Of a stretch of 64,000 nucleotides of DNA, positions 18,558 to 28,024 are shown piece by piece. This DNA comes from a virus. Its lineage: Duplodnaviria > Caudoviricetes. The notes below the pieces were generated by a model. It searched no databases and was not told the DNA's origin. It saw only the letters and a list, made by a program, of their open reading frames with translations. Location of the stretch: the IMG/VR virus record IMGVR_UViG_2876118799_000002, positions 4,755 to 68,754 of that record. One strand, 5' to 3'. Position 1 is the stretch's first letter, and each line of letters starts with the position of its first letter. Made by a program: the position numbers and the translations under genes.

Positions 18558-20660
18558 ATGCACAAAAAAAGTGTGCCATTGATTCGCCAGATGGGGACAA
18601 CAGACTGTGGTATAGCAGCATTGACAATGATCTTCCAATATTATAAATATAAGATAGATATTAGTGAATTAAAAGCTACAACAAGTATTGGAAGAAATGG
18701 TATGTCTTTAGCAAAAATGAAAGAAATTACGGAAGAACATAATTTTTCATTCAAGGCGTATGGAAACTACGAAACCGAAGAAAATTTGATAAAATGTTTA
18801 CCGATTATCATGTGTTCAAAAGAAAATCATTATGTTGTAGTTGCGGAGAAAAAATATGGGAAATATATACTTTTAGATCCTTTAAAAGGAAAAGAAAAGG
18901 TTGATTATTCATCTATTAAAAAGAATTTTTTAGATGTACTTGTATGTGTTCGACCAACAGAAAAGAATTATAAACGTGAGAAACGTGAGTCTTTTCTTAT
19001 ACCTATAAATAAAAGCAAATTATTTCTGGCAAGTATTCTAACGTTGGTTACACAGGGAATTATATTGATTCCACCGCTCATTATAAAAAAAATAGTCAAT
19101 GAAATAACGTATGATACATTAGGCTTCAATTTTGTAAAATATGCGTTACTGATATTATCAGTGGCATTAAGTTATTTACTTGCAAATTTAGCTAAAAAAA
19201 GGGTAATACTTATTTTACAGAATAATATATACAAAGATACTATATTTTTAATGCTGAATAAAATATTTGATATTGATTTAAGTTATTTTGAAAGCCATTC
19301 ATCAGGAGATATTGAAAATCGCTTTAATAGTGTCAGTGATATATACGAATTTATATCAACAGCTCTAATTTCAACAGTGATAGATGTGGTTACTGCTGTT
19401 TTTTGCGGAATAATGATGATAACACAGTCAATACCATTGTTTGCAGTTATAATAGTAATGACTGTTATACAGATAACAATAGTAATGATTTTAAATCAAA
19501 AAGCTAGAATAAAGGTTAAAAATTATATTGCAGATCAGAGTGCATTACAGGCACGAATGGTAGAAACTTTGACTAATATCCAGCAAATAAGGTGCATGAG
19601 AATAGAGAATATGCTGAGTGATAGTCTGAAACAGGATTATAAGCATTTAATTAAGAGATTACGTGAGCGTGTACAAATAAGTGATATTATGGAGTCGGTG
19701 GTGGGGGCTTTTTCAATAGCTTCTTCATTGATACTTTACGTTATAGGAGGATACTTGGTTTGTGATAATAGGTTGGAATTAGGAACGTTAATAGCCTTTG
19801 TCACACTTGCCGGATATTTTACAGGTCCATTTCAAACTCTATCTTTGGTGGTACCTCAAATTAATGTTTTAAAGGAAACAATGATTCGTTTAAAAGAGTT
19901 AATGAATTATAAATCTAACCGTAAAAATGGTACTCAGCATATTAATTCATTTGAGTCTATGGAAATGCAGCAAGTAACATTTTCTTACTATGGAAGCACG
20001 AAGCCAGATGTAGAGAATGTTAGTATGATGCTAAAAAAGGGGGAGAAGATAGCATTTGTAGGAAGTTCAGGAAGTGGAAAGACTACAATTACAAAATTAT
20101 TATTGAACGTCTTTTCTCATTATCAAGGACAAATTTTAGTAAACGGGGAAGATATAAAACAAATATGCAAAGAGGATATAGATCGGATATTTGCCATAGT
20201 TACTCAGGTTCCAATGGCAATGAATGGAACAATTAGAGAAAACGTGGATATTACAAATACGTTGACAGATGAGGAAATATATCATTATTTAGATTTAGTA
20301 GAACTGAAAGATGATATAGAAAAATTCCCATTGGGACTTAATACATTTGTGGGAGAAAATGGACAGAACATTTCAGGAGGACAAAAACAGCGTATTGCTA
20401 TAGCAAGAGCATTGGCACTGAAACCGGAAGTTATTATTTTTGATGAAGCCACAAGCAACTTAGATCCTCTTACAGAACGAAGAATATGTAATAATTTGAA
20501 ACAACTACATATTACCCAGATTGTAGTTACACATAGACTGAATGCCATACAAGATGCTGATACAATATACGTAGTTGAAAAAGGAAAAATAATTGAATCC
20601 GGAACACATGTGGAACTACTTCAGTTAAAGGGCGCATATTATGATAGTGTAAATAATTAA
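18558..20660 (+). CDS. lanT: Peptidase-containing (C39) ABC exporter
   Basis: RQMGTTDCGIAAL C39 motif, HYVV, TMD, GSSGSGKT, SGGQKQR, FDEATS. Confidence 0.95.
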   Translation: MHKKSVPLIRQMGTTDCGIAALTMIFQYYKYKIDISELKATTSIGRNGMSLAKMKEITEEHNFSFKAYGNYETEENLIKCLPIIMCSKENHYVVVAEKKYGKYILLDPLKGKEKVDYSSIKKNFLDVLVCVRPTEKNYKREKRESFLIPINKSKLFLASILTLVTQGIILIPPLIIKKIVNEITYDTLGFNFVKYALLILSVALSYLLANLAKKRVILILQNNIYKDTIFLMLNKIFDIDLSYFESHSSGDIENRFNSVSDIYEFISTALISTVIDVVTAVFCGIMMITQSIPLFAVIIVMTVIQITIVMILNQKARIKVKNYIADQSALQARMVETLTNIQQIRCMRIENMLSDSLKQDYKHLIKRLRERVQISDIMESVVGAFSIASSLILYVIGGYLVCDNRLELGTLIAFVTLAGYFTGPFQTLSLVVPQINVLKETMIRLKELMNYKSNRKNGTQHINSFESMEMQQVTFSYYGSTKPDVENVSMMLKKGEKIAFVGSSGSGKTTITKLLLNVFSHYQGQILVNGEDIKQICKEDIDRIFAIVTQVPMAMNGTIRENVDITNTLTDEEIYHYLDLVELKDDIEKFPLGLNTFVGENGQNISGGQKQRIAIARALALKPEVIIFDEATSNLDPLTERRICNNLKQLHITQIVVTHRLNAIQDADTIYVVEKGKIIESGTHVELLQLKGAYYDSVNN

Positions 20661-20697
20661 GAACAGGTGAAAGTCAGATAATGGCTTTCACCTGTTC
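20661..20697. terminator. Bidirectional terminator between convergent lanT and kinase genes
   Basis: gaacaggtgaaag...ctttcacctgttc 13-bp stem. Confidence 0.8.
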
Positions 20698-20699
20698 TT

Positions 20700-22094
20700 T
20701 TAAGAGATCTTTTCTTCATACGGATCAATATGTTCAATAGGTATCTCTAATATGACCTTTAAGCCATGAGGAAGTATATTTTCATATTTGATATTTCCGT
20801 TATGGGCGGTTAATATTTGGTAAACCAATTTTAGACCAAATCCATGAACAGACTCCCCATTTGAATTGTACATATTATTAGGAAAAATACCACTATTCAT
20901 TTTTTCTATTTGTGTAGAAGTCATACCGCCACCATTATCAATGACGGAAATAATACAGGTATCATTTTCTTTTAAAATTTCAACTGTTATTTCACAACCA
21001 TGAGGATTATGATTAATACAATTTTGAATTAGATTGCTTAGCATTCTTGAAAAAAGTTCCGTATCTCCTTTGATCAATACTGGAATCGTATCAGATGATG
21101 AATGAAAGTCAAAAGAATATTTGTTGTCTATTGGTCCATTCATAAAGCCAATGATTACTTGGCGGGCAATTTCCACAGGAGAAAAACTGGTTTTTATTAA
21201 AGGCTGCATAGAGTATTCTAGTCTTGAAGTTAAATTTAAATCTGCGATTAGGCTACGGAGTTTTTCGCTTTGTTTACGAATTATACTTGCTTGTAGTTGT
21301 ACAGGTTGCGAAGCATCTTCATTTTTTTCGATTTCAGAAGCATATCCCAAAATAATAGAAAGAGGTGTCCGGACATCATGCGAAACACCATTAATCCATT
21401 CGGCACGCGCCTGTTCTTTTTGTAGAAGATGTTTTCCAGCCTTATTTAGTTCAGCATTTATACTTGAAAGTTCACCTGTTTCTGAAAGGGTAATGGGTTT
21501 TCCCTGAGCAATAGAGTCAATACCGTCAATGATTGGCACTATAGATTTTTCTATTTTATGTGTATTACGCCAGAATAATATAAATATCAGTAATATATTA
21601 AAACAAATCATTAAAAAGATACCGACTATTAGGCTGTGAATATAATTAATATCTATTGAAAAATTGTATTTTGTTATACTATTAGGTTCGCACCCGATAA
21701 CCAATAAGCCGGCAGAATGTTCTTGGATAAAAACAGGATATTCTTGTAAGTACCACCGACTAAACTTGGCTATTTGTAAATTTGAATAGGTTCTTGGCAA
21801 TTCTTCGGGTAAAAATTTTTCCCAAATGACATTTCCTTGTTCGTTTAAAATCATCGCCCAGGCACTTTTATTTTTTAGAATATTTTCTATATAATCAGTA
21901 GAAGAAATTGTTCCATCTACATTGAGCGTGATATTTTTGCTAATGGTTTGGACGGGTATATCTGGATCAGTAGAATTATTCCATGCCATGAGTAAAGTCC
22001 CACATATTAAAATAATATTTAGTACAAAAAATAAAATCAATATAATAAGGGTGGAAAGAAGATATTTTTTAAAAAAACGCTTGGCAAGCTTCAT
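20700..22094 (-). CDS. Sensor histidine kinase (SpaK/NisK-like position)
   Basis: Two TM segments, SHDVRTPL, NLIQN, DNGGG, GFGL. Confidence 0.9.
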   Translation of the reverse strand: MKLAKRFFKKYLLSTLIILILFFVLNIILICGTLLMAWNNSTDPDIPVQTISKNITLNVDGTISSTDYIENILKNKSAWAMILNEQGNVIWEKFLPEELPRTYSNLQIAKFSRWYLQEYPVFIQEHSAGLLVIGCEPNSITKYNFSIDINYIHSLIVGIFLMICFNILLIFILFWRNTHKIEKSIVPIIDGIDSIAQGKPITLSETGELSSINAELNKAGKHLLQKEQARAEWINGVSHDVRTPLSIILGYASEIEKNEDASQPVQLQASIIRKQSEKLRSLIADLNLTSRLEYSMQPLIKTSFSPVEIARQVIIGFMNGPIDNKYSFDFHSSSDTIPVLIKGDTELFSRMLSNLIQNCINHNPHGCEITVEILKENDTCIISVIDNGGGMTSTQIEKMNSGIFPNNMYNSNGESVHGFGLKLVYQILTAHNGNIKYENILPHGLKVILEIPIEHIDPYEEKIS

Positions 22095-22786
22095 TATTTT
22101 ACTCCTTTCACTAGCAATTTATATCCTAGCCCCTTAACTGTTAGCATTGAAACAGGAGAAGAAGGATTTTTTTCGATTTTTTCTCGAAGATGCCGAATGT
22201 GTGTCATGAGGGTAGTTTCATACCCTTGCCACATTTCACCACAAGCAGTTTGGCAAAGAGTTCCTATTGTTACAATGTGATTGGCATTATCTACAAGTTT
22301 TAATAATATATTGTATTCTTTAGCAGTCAAAGGAATAATTTTATTTTCACGATGTATTTCTGCCTTATCAATATCTATAAAAGAATTTTCTAATTCTATA
22401 ATTCGTTTCTCTGTAGGATAACTTCTTTTTAAAATAGCTTGAACACGTAACAATAGTTCTTTAGGCAAAAATGGTTTGATTAAATAATCATCTGCTCCCA
22501 ATTCAAAACCAGAAAAACGATCTTCGGCTGCATCTTTGGCGGTCAGCATAAGAACCGGAAGTTTACTGAGGGCTCTGATTTCTTGCAATACCTCAAATCC
22601 GTCCATACCAGGTAACATAACATCAAGAATAACCATGTCAGGTAGAGTTTCTCTTATTATTTGTAAAGCCATTTCTCCAGATGTTGCGGTCATTATTTTT
22701 GTATAGCCTGCTCTTTCAAATATTGTTTTAATAAGGGTGAGTAGTTCTTGTTCATCATCAACGATAAGTATAAATTTATCATACAT
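22094..22786 (-). CDS. OmpR-family response regulator
   Basis: ILIVDD, ILDVMLP, LTAK, GADDYLIKPF, wHTH C-terminus. Confidence 0.95.
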   Translation of the reverse strand: MYDKFILIVDDEQELLTLIKTIFERAGYTKIMTATSGEMALQIIRETLPDMVILDVMLPGMDGFEVLQEIRALSKLPVLMLTAKDAAEDRFSGFELGADDYLIKPFLPKELLLRVQAILKRSYPTEKRIIELENSFIDIDKAEIHRENKIIPLTAKEYNILLKLVDNANHIVTIGTLCQTACGEMWQGYETTLMTHIRHLREKIEKNPSSPVSMLTVKGLGYKLLVKGVK

Positions 22787-22865
22787 ATATTTTTATCTCC
22801 TAAAATTTTATAGTTTAAATTATTATACATCTTGTGGAAAAAGAAGTATAGAGAAAGAGGAAAAT

Positions 22866-22920
22866 CTCAAGGTTACCTCAAGGTTACTTCAAGGAAATCT
22901 CAATGTAGTTGGTATATAAT
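22866..22920 (+). promoter_or_regulatory. OmpR-type 11-bp-period direct repeats and -10 upstream of the immunity ABC operon
   Basis: ctcaaggttac, ctcaaggttac, ttcaaggaaat, ctcaatg at 22866/22877/22888/22899; TATAAT at 22915. Confidence 0.7.
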
Positions 22921-22949
22921 TACAGTATAAAAAAAGGAGGTATAAAAAA

Positions 22950-23873
22950 ATGAGTGAATATATTATTCAAACCAATAATTTAACAAAACAGTATGGAGAG
23001 CAAAAGAGTGTTTCTGCAATGAACTTGCATGTGAAAAAAGGAAGAATTTATGGACTGTTGGGACGTAATGGAGCAGGAAAAACGACTACAATGAAAATGC
23101 TGTTAGGATTAACAAAACCGACATCGGGAAACATAAAAATATTTGGGAAAAGTATGGAAACCAATAGTAAAGATATTTTACCGCATATAGGTAGTTTAAT
23201 AGAATCACCAGGATTTTATCCTAATTTGACTGGGACTGAAAATCTTCGTATTTTTGCGGAGCTTAGAGGATTAAATAAAAGTAAGTGTGTAAGAGATGCT
23301 TTGGAAGTTGTCGGTTTGCCCTATCGTGATAAAAAGTTATTTGCGGAATATTCACTTGGGATGAAACAACGACTGGCCATTGCATTGGCAGTTATGCACA
23401 ATCCCAATTTGCTGATATTAGATGAGCCTATTAATGGTTTGGATCCTATAGGTATTGCAGAGGTACGTTCGTTTATTAGAGAGTTATGTGATGTTCAGGG
23501 AAAAACTATTTTGATTTCTAGTCACATATTATCAGAGATAGAATTACTGGCAGATGATATAGGGATTATTGATAAGGGAATTTTACTTGAAGAAGAAAGT
23601 ATGAAAGAATTGGCGAAAAAAAATAGTCGCTATGTCAATTTTATGGTATCGGATAGCCAGCGCGCAGCGGAAATTTTAAGAAAAGAATTTGAATGTGATG
23701 ATTTTCAAATATGTGATAAAAATAGACTTCAATTATATAATACAACAATCCCTAGATCAGAAATTACTTATGTTTTTGTAAAGCAAGGATTGGAAATTAC
23801 AGAAGTTCATTTATGCGAAGAAACATTGGAAGATTATTTTAAAAGGGTGACCGGAGGTGAAGGAATTGCTTAA
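22950..23873 (+). CDS. Lantibiotic-protection type ABC ATP-binding subunit (LanF/BcrA-like)
   Basis: GRNGAGKTT, YSLGMKQRL, LDEPINGLDP, SSHILSE. Confidence 0.9.
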   Translation: MSEYIIQTNNLTKQYGEQKSVSAMNLHVKKGRIYGLLGRNGAGKTTTMKMLLGLTKPTSGNIKIFGKSMETNSKDILPHIGSLIESPGFYPNLTGTENLRIFAELRGLNKSKCVRDALEVVGLPYRDKKLFAEYSLGMKQRLAIALAVMHNPNLLILDEPINGLDPIGIAEVRSFIRELCDVQGKTILISSHILSEIELLADDIGIIDKGILLEEESMKELAKKNSRYVNFMVSDSQRAAEILRKEFECDDFQICDKNRLQLYNTTIPRSEITYVFVKQGLEITEVHLCEETLEDYFKRVTGGEGIA

Positions 23874-24651
23874 ATTAGTTAAGGTTGAATTTCAAAAACT
23901 GAAAAGAAAAAAGTTTATTCTTTTAGTAACTTTAGCTGCATTTATGTTTCCGCTTCCATTGGCTTATTTAATGACAACACCAGCTATGATGGAGCAATAT
24001 ATTGATAAAGCGGACGCATTTGACGGACTATTTAATATGGTATTGGGGTATGGAATCCAATTTTTATTACCCTGTATTATCGGAGTAGTAGCTGCTATGT
24101 TGTTTTTTATTGAACGTGATAATGATACATTTAAAAATATTAAAACAATCCCACTATCCAGTACGCAAGTAGTTACAGCAAAAATTATAGTGCTATTTAT
24201 TATAGGCGTTGTATTTTGCATAGCATCAACGGTAGCAACAGTTCTGGTTGGTATGTTTACGTTAGATGTATACGGTTTAGGATACAAAATATTTCTGGCG
24301 GTTGAAACAGGAATATTTATTACCGCAGGAACATTACCATTGATTGTTATAGTGGTATTTTTTAGTCGTACTTATGTTTTCTCTGTTTTATTATGTATTT
24401 TTTATAGCGTTTTAAATATGAGTGCAACAGCACTTTTCGATGCATTACCAAAGACAATATTATGGTTACTTCCTACGCCGCTTACAACATTTTGGAGTGC
24501 TGGAGATATGAAAAGACATGGAATTAATATGAACCTTGTACAAATGAATGGATTAATTCCTTCAACTTTTCAAGTAATATTAATTCTTGGGATTATGGCA
24601 GGAATTTCAATACTATTAATTGACTGTTTGTACAAGAAAAGGGGGGAATAA
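23857..24651 (+). CDS. ABC-2 permease (LanE/G-like)
   Basis: EFQKLKR N-terminus, ERDNDTFKNIKTIP motif, about 6 TM. Confidence 0.8.
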   Translation: MKELLKLVKVEFQKLKRKKFILLVTLAAFMFPLPLAYLMTTPAMMEQYIDKADAFDGLFNMVLGYGIQFLLPCIIGVVAAMLFFIERDNDTFKNIKTIPLSSTQVVTAKIIVLFIIGVVFCIASTVATVLVGMFTLDVYGLGYKIFLAVETGIFITAGTLPLIVIVVFFSRTYVFSVLLCIFYSVLNMSATALFDALPKTILWLLPTPLTTFWSAGDMKRHGINMNLVQMNGLIPSTFQVILILGIMAGISILLIDCLYKKRGE

Positions 24652-24653
24652 AA

Positions 24654-25436
24654 TTGAGGACTATTGTAAAAACAGAATTATTGAAATTAAAACGTTATCA
24701 TATTATATGGGCGGGGATAGCTCTTATGCTACTCTCTGTTCTATTGACACTTTTTACTTCTATGGCTAATGATGGATCTGTATGGGATTTTCGATACTTA
24801 ATAGAGCAGGTAATCAAAAATAATATGTCAATGATTTTCCCAATGTGCATAGCTTTGATTGCTGGATATATTATATCGCGGGAAGAAAAAGACGATGTTT
24901 TGAAGAATATTATTACCATTCCAATTTCATTTAAAAAGTTGTTGGTAGGAAAACTTATTGTATGTGCAATGTTATCAATATTATTTGGGCTTATTTGTAC
25001 GATATTTACGTTAATTGCAGAGTGTATAGTTGGTTTTCCTGGATTTACAGTAAATTTGGTAATCCAAGGGCTAGTACAAATAACATTGGAAAATTTACTT
25101 TTGTATCTAGCGGTATTACCAATTATTGTTATAACAAGCAGACTATCAGGCGGCTTTATGATAGGTGTCATTGTTGCTTTTGTGTATGGATATGGAGGTA
25201 TGTTTGCAGCAGGAAATATGACATTGGCTAATATATATCCTATTACTGCAAGTCTGGGATTAATTGGGTATAGAAGTTATGATACATCCGTACAATGGAG
25301 TTTTCCATTGTGTTTATGTAGCTTGATAATTATTGTCGCTATTTCTGTAATTTTAGTCGCAACAATGAAAGAAAAGGAGAACAAAAAAACTCGTACAAAA
25401 ACAAAAAAAGTCAAACCAAAGAAAGGGTGGTTATAA
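24654..25436 (+). CDS. ABC-2 permease (LanE/G-like)
   Basis: ELLKLKR N-terminus, REEKDDVLKNIITIP motif, about 6 TM; TTG start. Confidence 0.8.
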   Translation: MRTIVKTELLKLKRYHIIWAGIALMLLSVLLTLFTSMANDGSVWDFRYLIEQVIKNNMSMIFPMCIALIAGYIISREEKDDVLKNIITIPISFKKLLVGKLIVCAMLSILFGLICTIFTLIAECIVGFPGFTVNLVIQGLVQITLENLLLYLAVLPIIVITSRLSGGFMIGVIVAFVYGYGGMFAAGNMTLANIYPITASLGLIGYRSYDTSVQWSFPLCLCSLIIIVAISVILVATMKEKENKKTRTKTKKVKPKKGWL

Positions 25437-25889
25437 GTGAAAAAAAGTTGTTTCTTTATTCTAATGTTTTGCTTGTTATTGTCTGGGTGTTCAAAAGAGG
25501 AGGTGTTGGAAAAATATAATGCAGTAGTCGAAAAGGTGGGAGAAGTACAATTAACCAATGATATAAACCTGCAAGGGAAAAGAGATTATGGGGAAGATTA
25601 TTATACGGGGACATATCAAGCAGAGTACAAAAAATTTTCTGATACAGAATATCTTTTTGGAGGAACAACAATAGAAAGAGCGGCAGGGAAGCAGGTTGAA
25701 TTGTTTTGTAACCTAGAAATAACAAAAGGAGAAGCTGAAATATTCATTATTTCTGGTAGCAATGAACCTAAAACTTTAATAAAAACAACAGGTACTTATG
25801 AAAATACAATAACATTACCAGATGGCAGTAATTATATCGGGATTGTAGGTAATGATTTTTCAGGAACAGTAAAAATAGAAGTGAAATAA
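25437..25889 (+). CDS. Lipoprotein (candidate LanI-like immunity factor)
   Basis: MKK...LLLSGC lipobox; last gene of the FEG-type operon. Confidence 0.7.
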   Translation: MKKSCFFILMFCLLLSGCSKEEVLEKYNAVVEKVGEVQLTNDINLQGKRDYGEDYYTGTYQAEYKKFSDTEYLFGGTTIERAAGKQVELFCNLEITKGEAEIFIISGSNEPKTLIKTTGTYENTITLPDGSNYIGIVGNDFSGTVKIEVK

Positions 25890-26029
25890 AGATAGAAAAT
25901 GCTAAAAATGGGTAAATTTGGAAGATACAGGTTTGGTTGCATTTTACTGTGGTAAAAAGTATATGAAGAGTGGAATGGCGGTTGTTTAATACTGCCATTC
26001 TTTTTTTTGAAAATGCCTCTATGGGAATT

Positions 26030-26090
26030 ATTACACAGGGAATCGAAAAAATTACATGTAGATGGGATAGTACATTAAATATGGTAAAAT
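26030..26090 (+). promoter_or_regulatory. LytTR-type box and extended -10 upstream of the secreted protein gene
   Basis: TTACA at 26031 and 26052, central TCG; TGgTAAAAT with hexamer at 26085 (28 nt after the box). Confidence 0.75.
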
Positions 26091-26122
26091 ATAATCATAA
26101 TATGAGATCGGAGGTATATTCT

Positions 26123-26785
26123 ATGAAGAAACTATTTAAAGTATTCAGCCTAATGCTGGTGGTGATAATGGCTTTTCCATTCTCTGTTATGGCAAGCGAA
26201 AATGACCAGCAAAGAAGTGATTTGATTGGTGCAGAAGAAAGGGATTTTGAAAAATTGATTGCAGAAATCCAGAACATTAAGGCTACTCACCCAGATTATT
26301 CAGAAGAAATGCTCATGTCTTTTTTGGAAGCCAATCATCAAGATGTGGAAAGGGGGATTATAGATATTTGGAATGCGCTTACAGATTCAGAAAAGAAACT
26401 ATGTATTCGTTATCCTTTTGATGCCCTAAAGGTAAATAAAGCAAAAAATATTGCTACTTCGCAGACAGAGGCAAAATTTGGGACAAATGGTTTAGGAAAT
26501 AGAAGTGATGCTTTTCGTCATGGAATTTGGAATGCTGAAATGACTGTTTTAATAGGAAAAGAAAGAGCAGAGTTATTTGCAACTGCTCATGAAGACAAAG
26601 ATGTTACAGGAACAGAATCAGACGGATATCCAAAAACAGCACATAGAGATATGGACTTACATAACAATGAAGTGGGAAGAGAAATAGGAGAAAAAAATAA
26701 AGAAGCTTCTGAAAGTGAAATGGCGGATATTATTTATCAGGAAATATATTCCGCAACAACATCATTTATATGGCTACATGAATAA
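26123..26785 (+). CDS. Secreted protein with DUF6973-like domain
   Basis: Signal peptide MKKLFK...VMA; DAFRHGIWNA...HE...MDLHNNEVGR motif recalled as DUF6973; ggaggt RBS. Confidence 0.7.
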   Translation: MKKLFKVFSLMLVVIMAFPFSVMASENDQQRSDLIGAEERDFEKLIAEIQNIKATHPDYSEEMLMSFLEANHQDVERGIIDIWNALTDSEKKLCIRYPFDALKVNKAKNIATSQTEAKFGTNGLGNRSDAFRHGIWNAEMTVLIGKERAELFATAHEDKDVTGTESDGYPKTAHRDMDLHNNEVGREIGEKNKEASESEMADIIYQEIYSATTSFIWLHE

Positions 26786-26790
26786 GATTT

Positions 26791-26812
26791 GAGCAGTGCG
26801 ATTGCACTGCTC
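26791..26812 (+). terminator. Hairpin / probable terminator
   Basis: gagcagtgc...gcactgctc stem. Confidence 0.55.
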
Positions 26813-26920
26813 GTCTTCGTATTTTGCATATTTTGCGTAATTGATTACTTCTATTATTTGTATCGCTATGAATGAAATAGGGTAGCATGATAGTACAACA
26901 TGATTAAGAGGTAGGCAATT

Positions 26921-27295
26921 ATGGAAAGTCGTATTAAACAATTACGTGAGAAAAGAGGGTTAATACAGGAAATCCTTGCAGTAGAATTAGGGATAACACA
27001 GCAAATGTTGAGTAAGTACGAAAGAGATGTTACGTTAATAAAAGTAGATATTCTGAAAAAGATTGCTGCTTACTTCAATGTAACAACAGATTATTTGCTG
27101 GGAGTTTCAGATGTAAAAAGAGATTTGAATGGGCAGATGAAAATGAACGAAGTACTAGACGAATATTACGATTTAGTGGAAGTGTATAAAGAGTTAGATC
27201 CATGTGATCAGGAGATGATTTGGTCAATTATACAAATAGTAAAAAAAACGAGTGAGAAGAAAAAATCAGCAAACATGCAGAAGAGAGTGGAGTGA
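26921..27295 (+). CDS. XRE-family HTH regulator
   Basis: RIKQLREKRGLIQ...LGITQQMLSKYER...FNVTTDYLLG. Confidence 0.9.
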   Translation: MESRIKQLREKRGLIQEILAVELGITQQMLSKYERDVTLIKVDILKKIAAYFNVTTDYLLGVSDVKRDLNGQMKMNEVLDEYYDLVEVYKELDPCDQEMIWSIIQIVKKTSEKKKSANMQKRVE

Positions 27296-28024
27296 ATGTT
27301 AAATATAGCAATTTGTGATGATGATATTCAAATAACTGGAAAAATCGAAAGACTTCTCCAGGATATAGCTAAAAGAAATTTTGTTGATACTGAAATAGAA
27401 GTATTCTGGAATGGAAAGAGTTTAGCAGATGCTATCGCAGCAGGTGAGAGGTATGATGTTATTTATCTGGATATAGAAATGGATAAAGAAGATGGTATTT
27501 CGGCAGCTAGAAGAATTAGAACATACGATAAAAATGTGCGAATTATTTATGTTACGAGCCATGAAAGTTATATGAGGGAATCCTTTGAGGTAAGACCGTT
27601 TCAGTTTCTTGTAAAACCTGTAACAGATAAAATAATGGAAAAGTGCTTTAAGTCGGTATATGAAGACATTAATAGTGAAGATTTTTATTTTCGCTATAGT
27701 TATCAACGTATGAATCATAAAGTACCAATCAAGGATATTTTATATTTTGAAAGCAACAAACGAAAAATATTTATTGTAACGGAACAAGAAATCCTTGAAC
27801 TGTACGGAAAACTTAATGAGATTGAAGAAACCCTTAAAACATGTAAAATTTCTTTTTTGCGAGTTCATCAGTCTTTTCTGGTGAATTATAAACATATATC
27901 CGGACAATCTTATGATTCTGTAGTAATGGATAATGGACAAAAAATTTCAATCAGTGAAGACCGGAGAAAGATAATTAGTGAACAATATTGTTCTATGGAG
28001 GATACGTTTTATGTGGACGAATAG
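27296..28024 (+). CDS. LytTR-family response regulator (AgrA-like)
   Basis: IAICDDD, IYLDIEM, FLVKP; LytTR FLRVHQSFLVN. Confidence 0.95.
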   Translation: MLNIAICDDDIQITGKIERLLQDIAKRNFVDTEIEVFWNGKSLADAIAAGERYDVIYLDIEMDKEDGISAARRIRTYDKNVRIIYVTSHESYMRESFEVRPFQFLVKPVTDKIMEKCFKSVYEDINSEDFYFRYSYQRMNHKVPIKDILYFESNKRKIFIVTEQEILELYGKLNEIEETLKTCKISFLRVHQSFLVNYKHISGQSYDSVVMDNGQKISISEDRRKIISEQYCSMEDTFYVDE

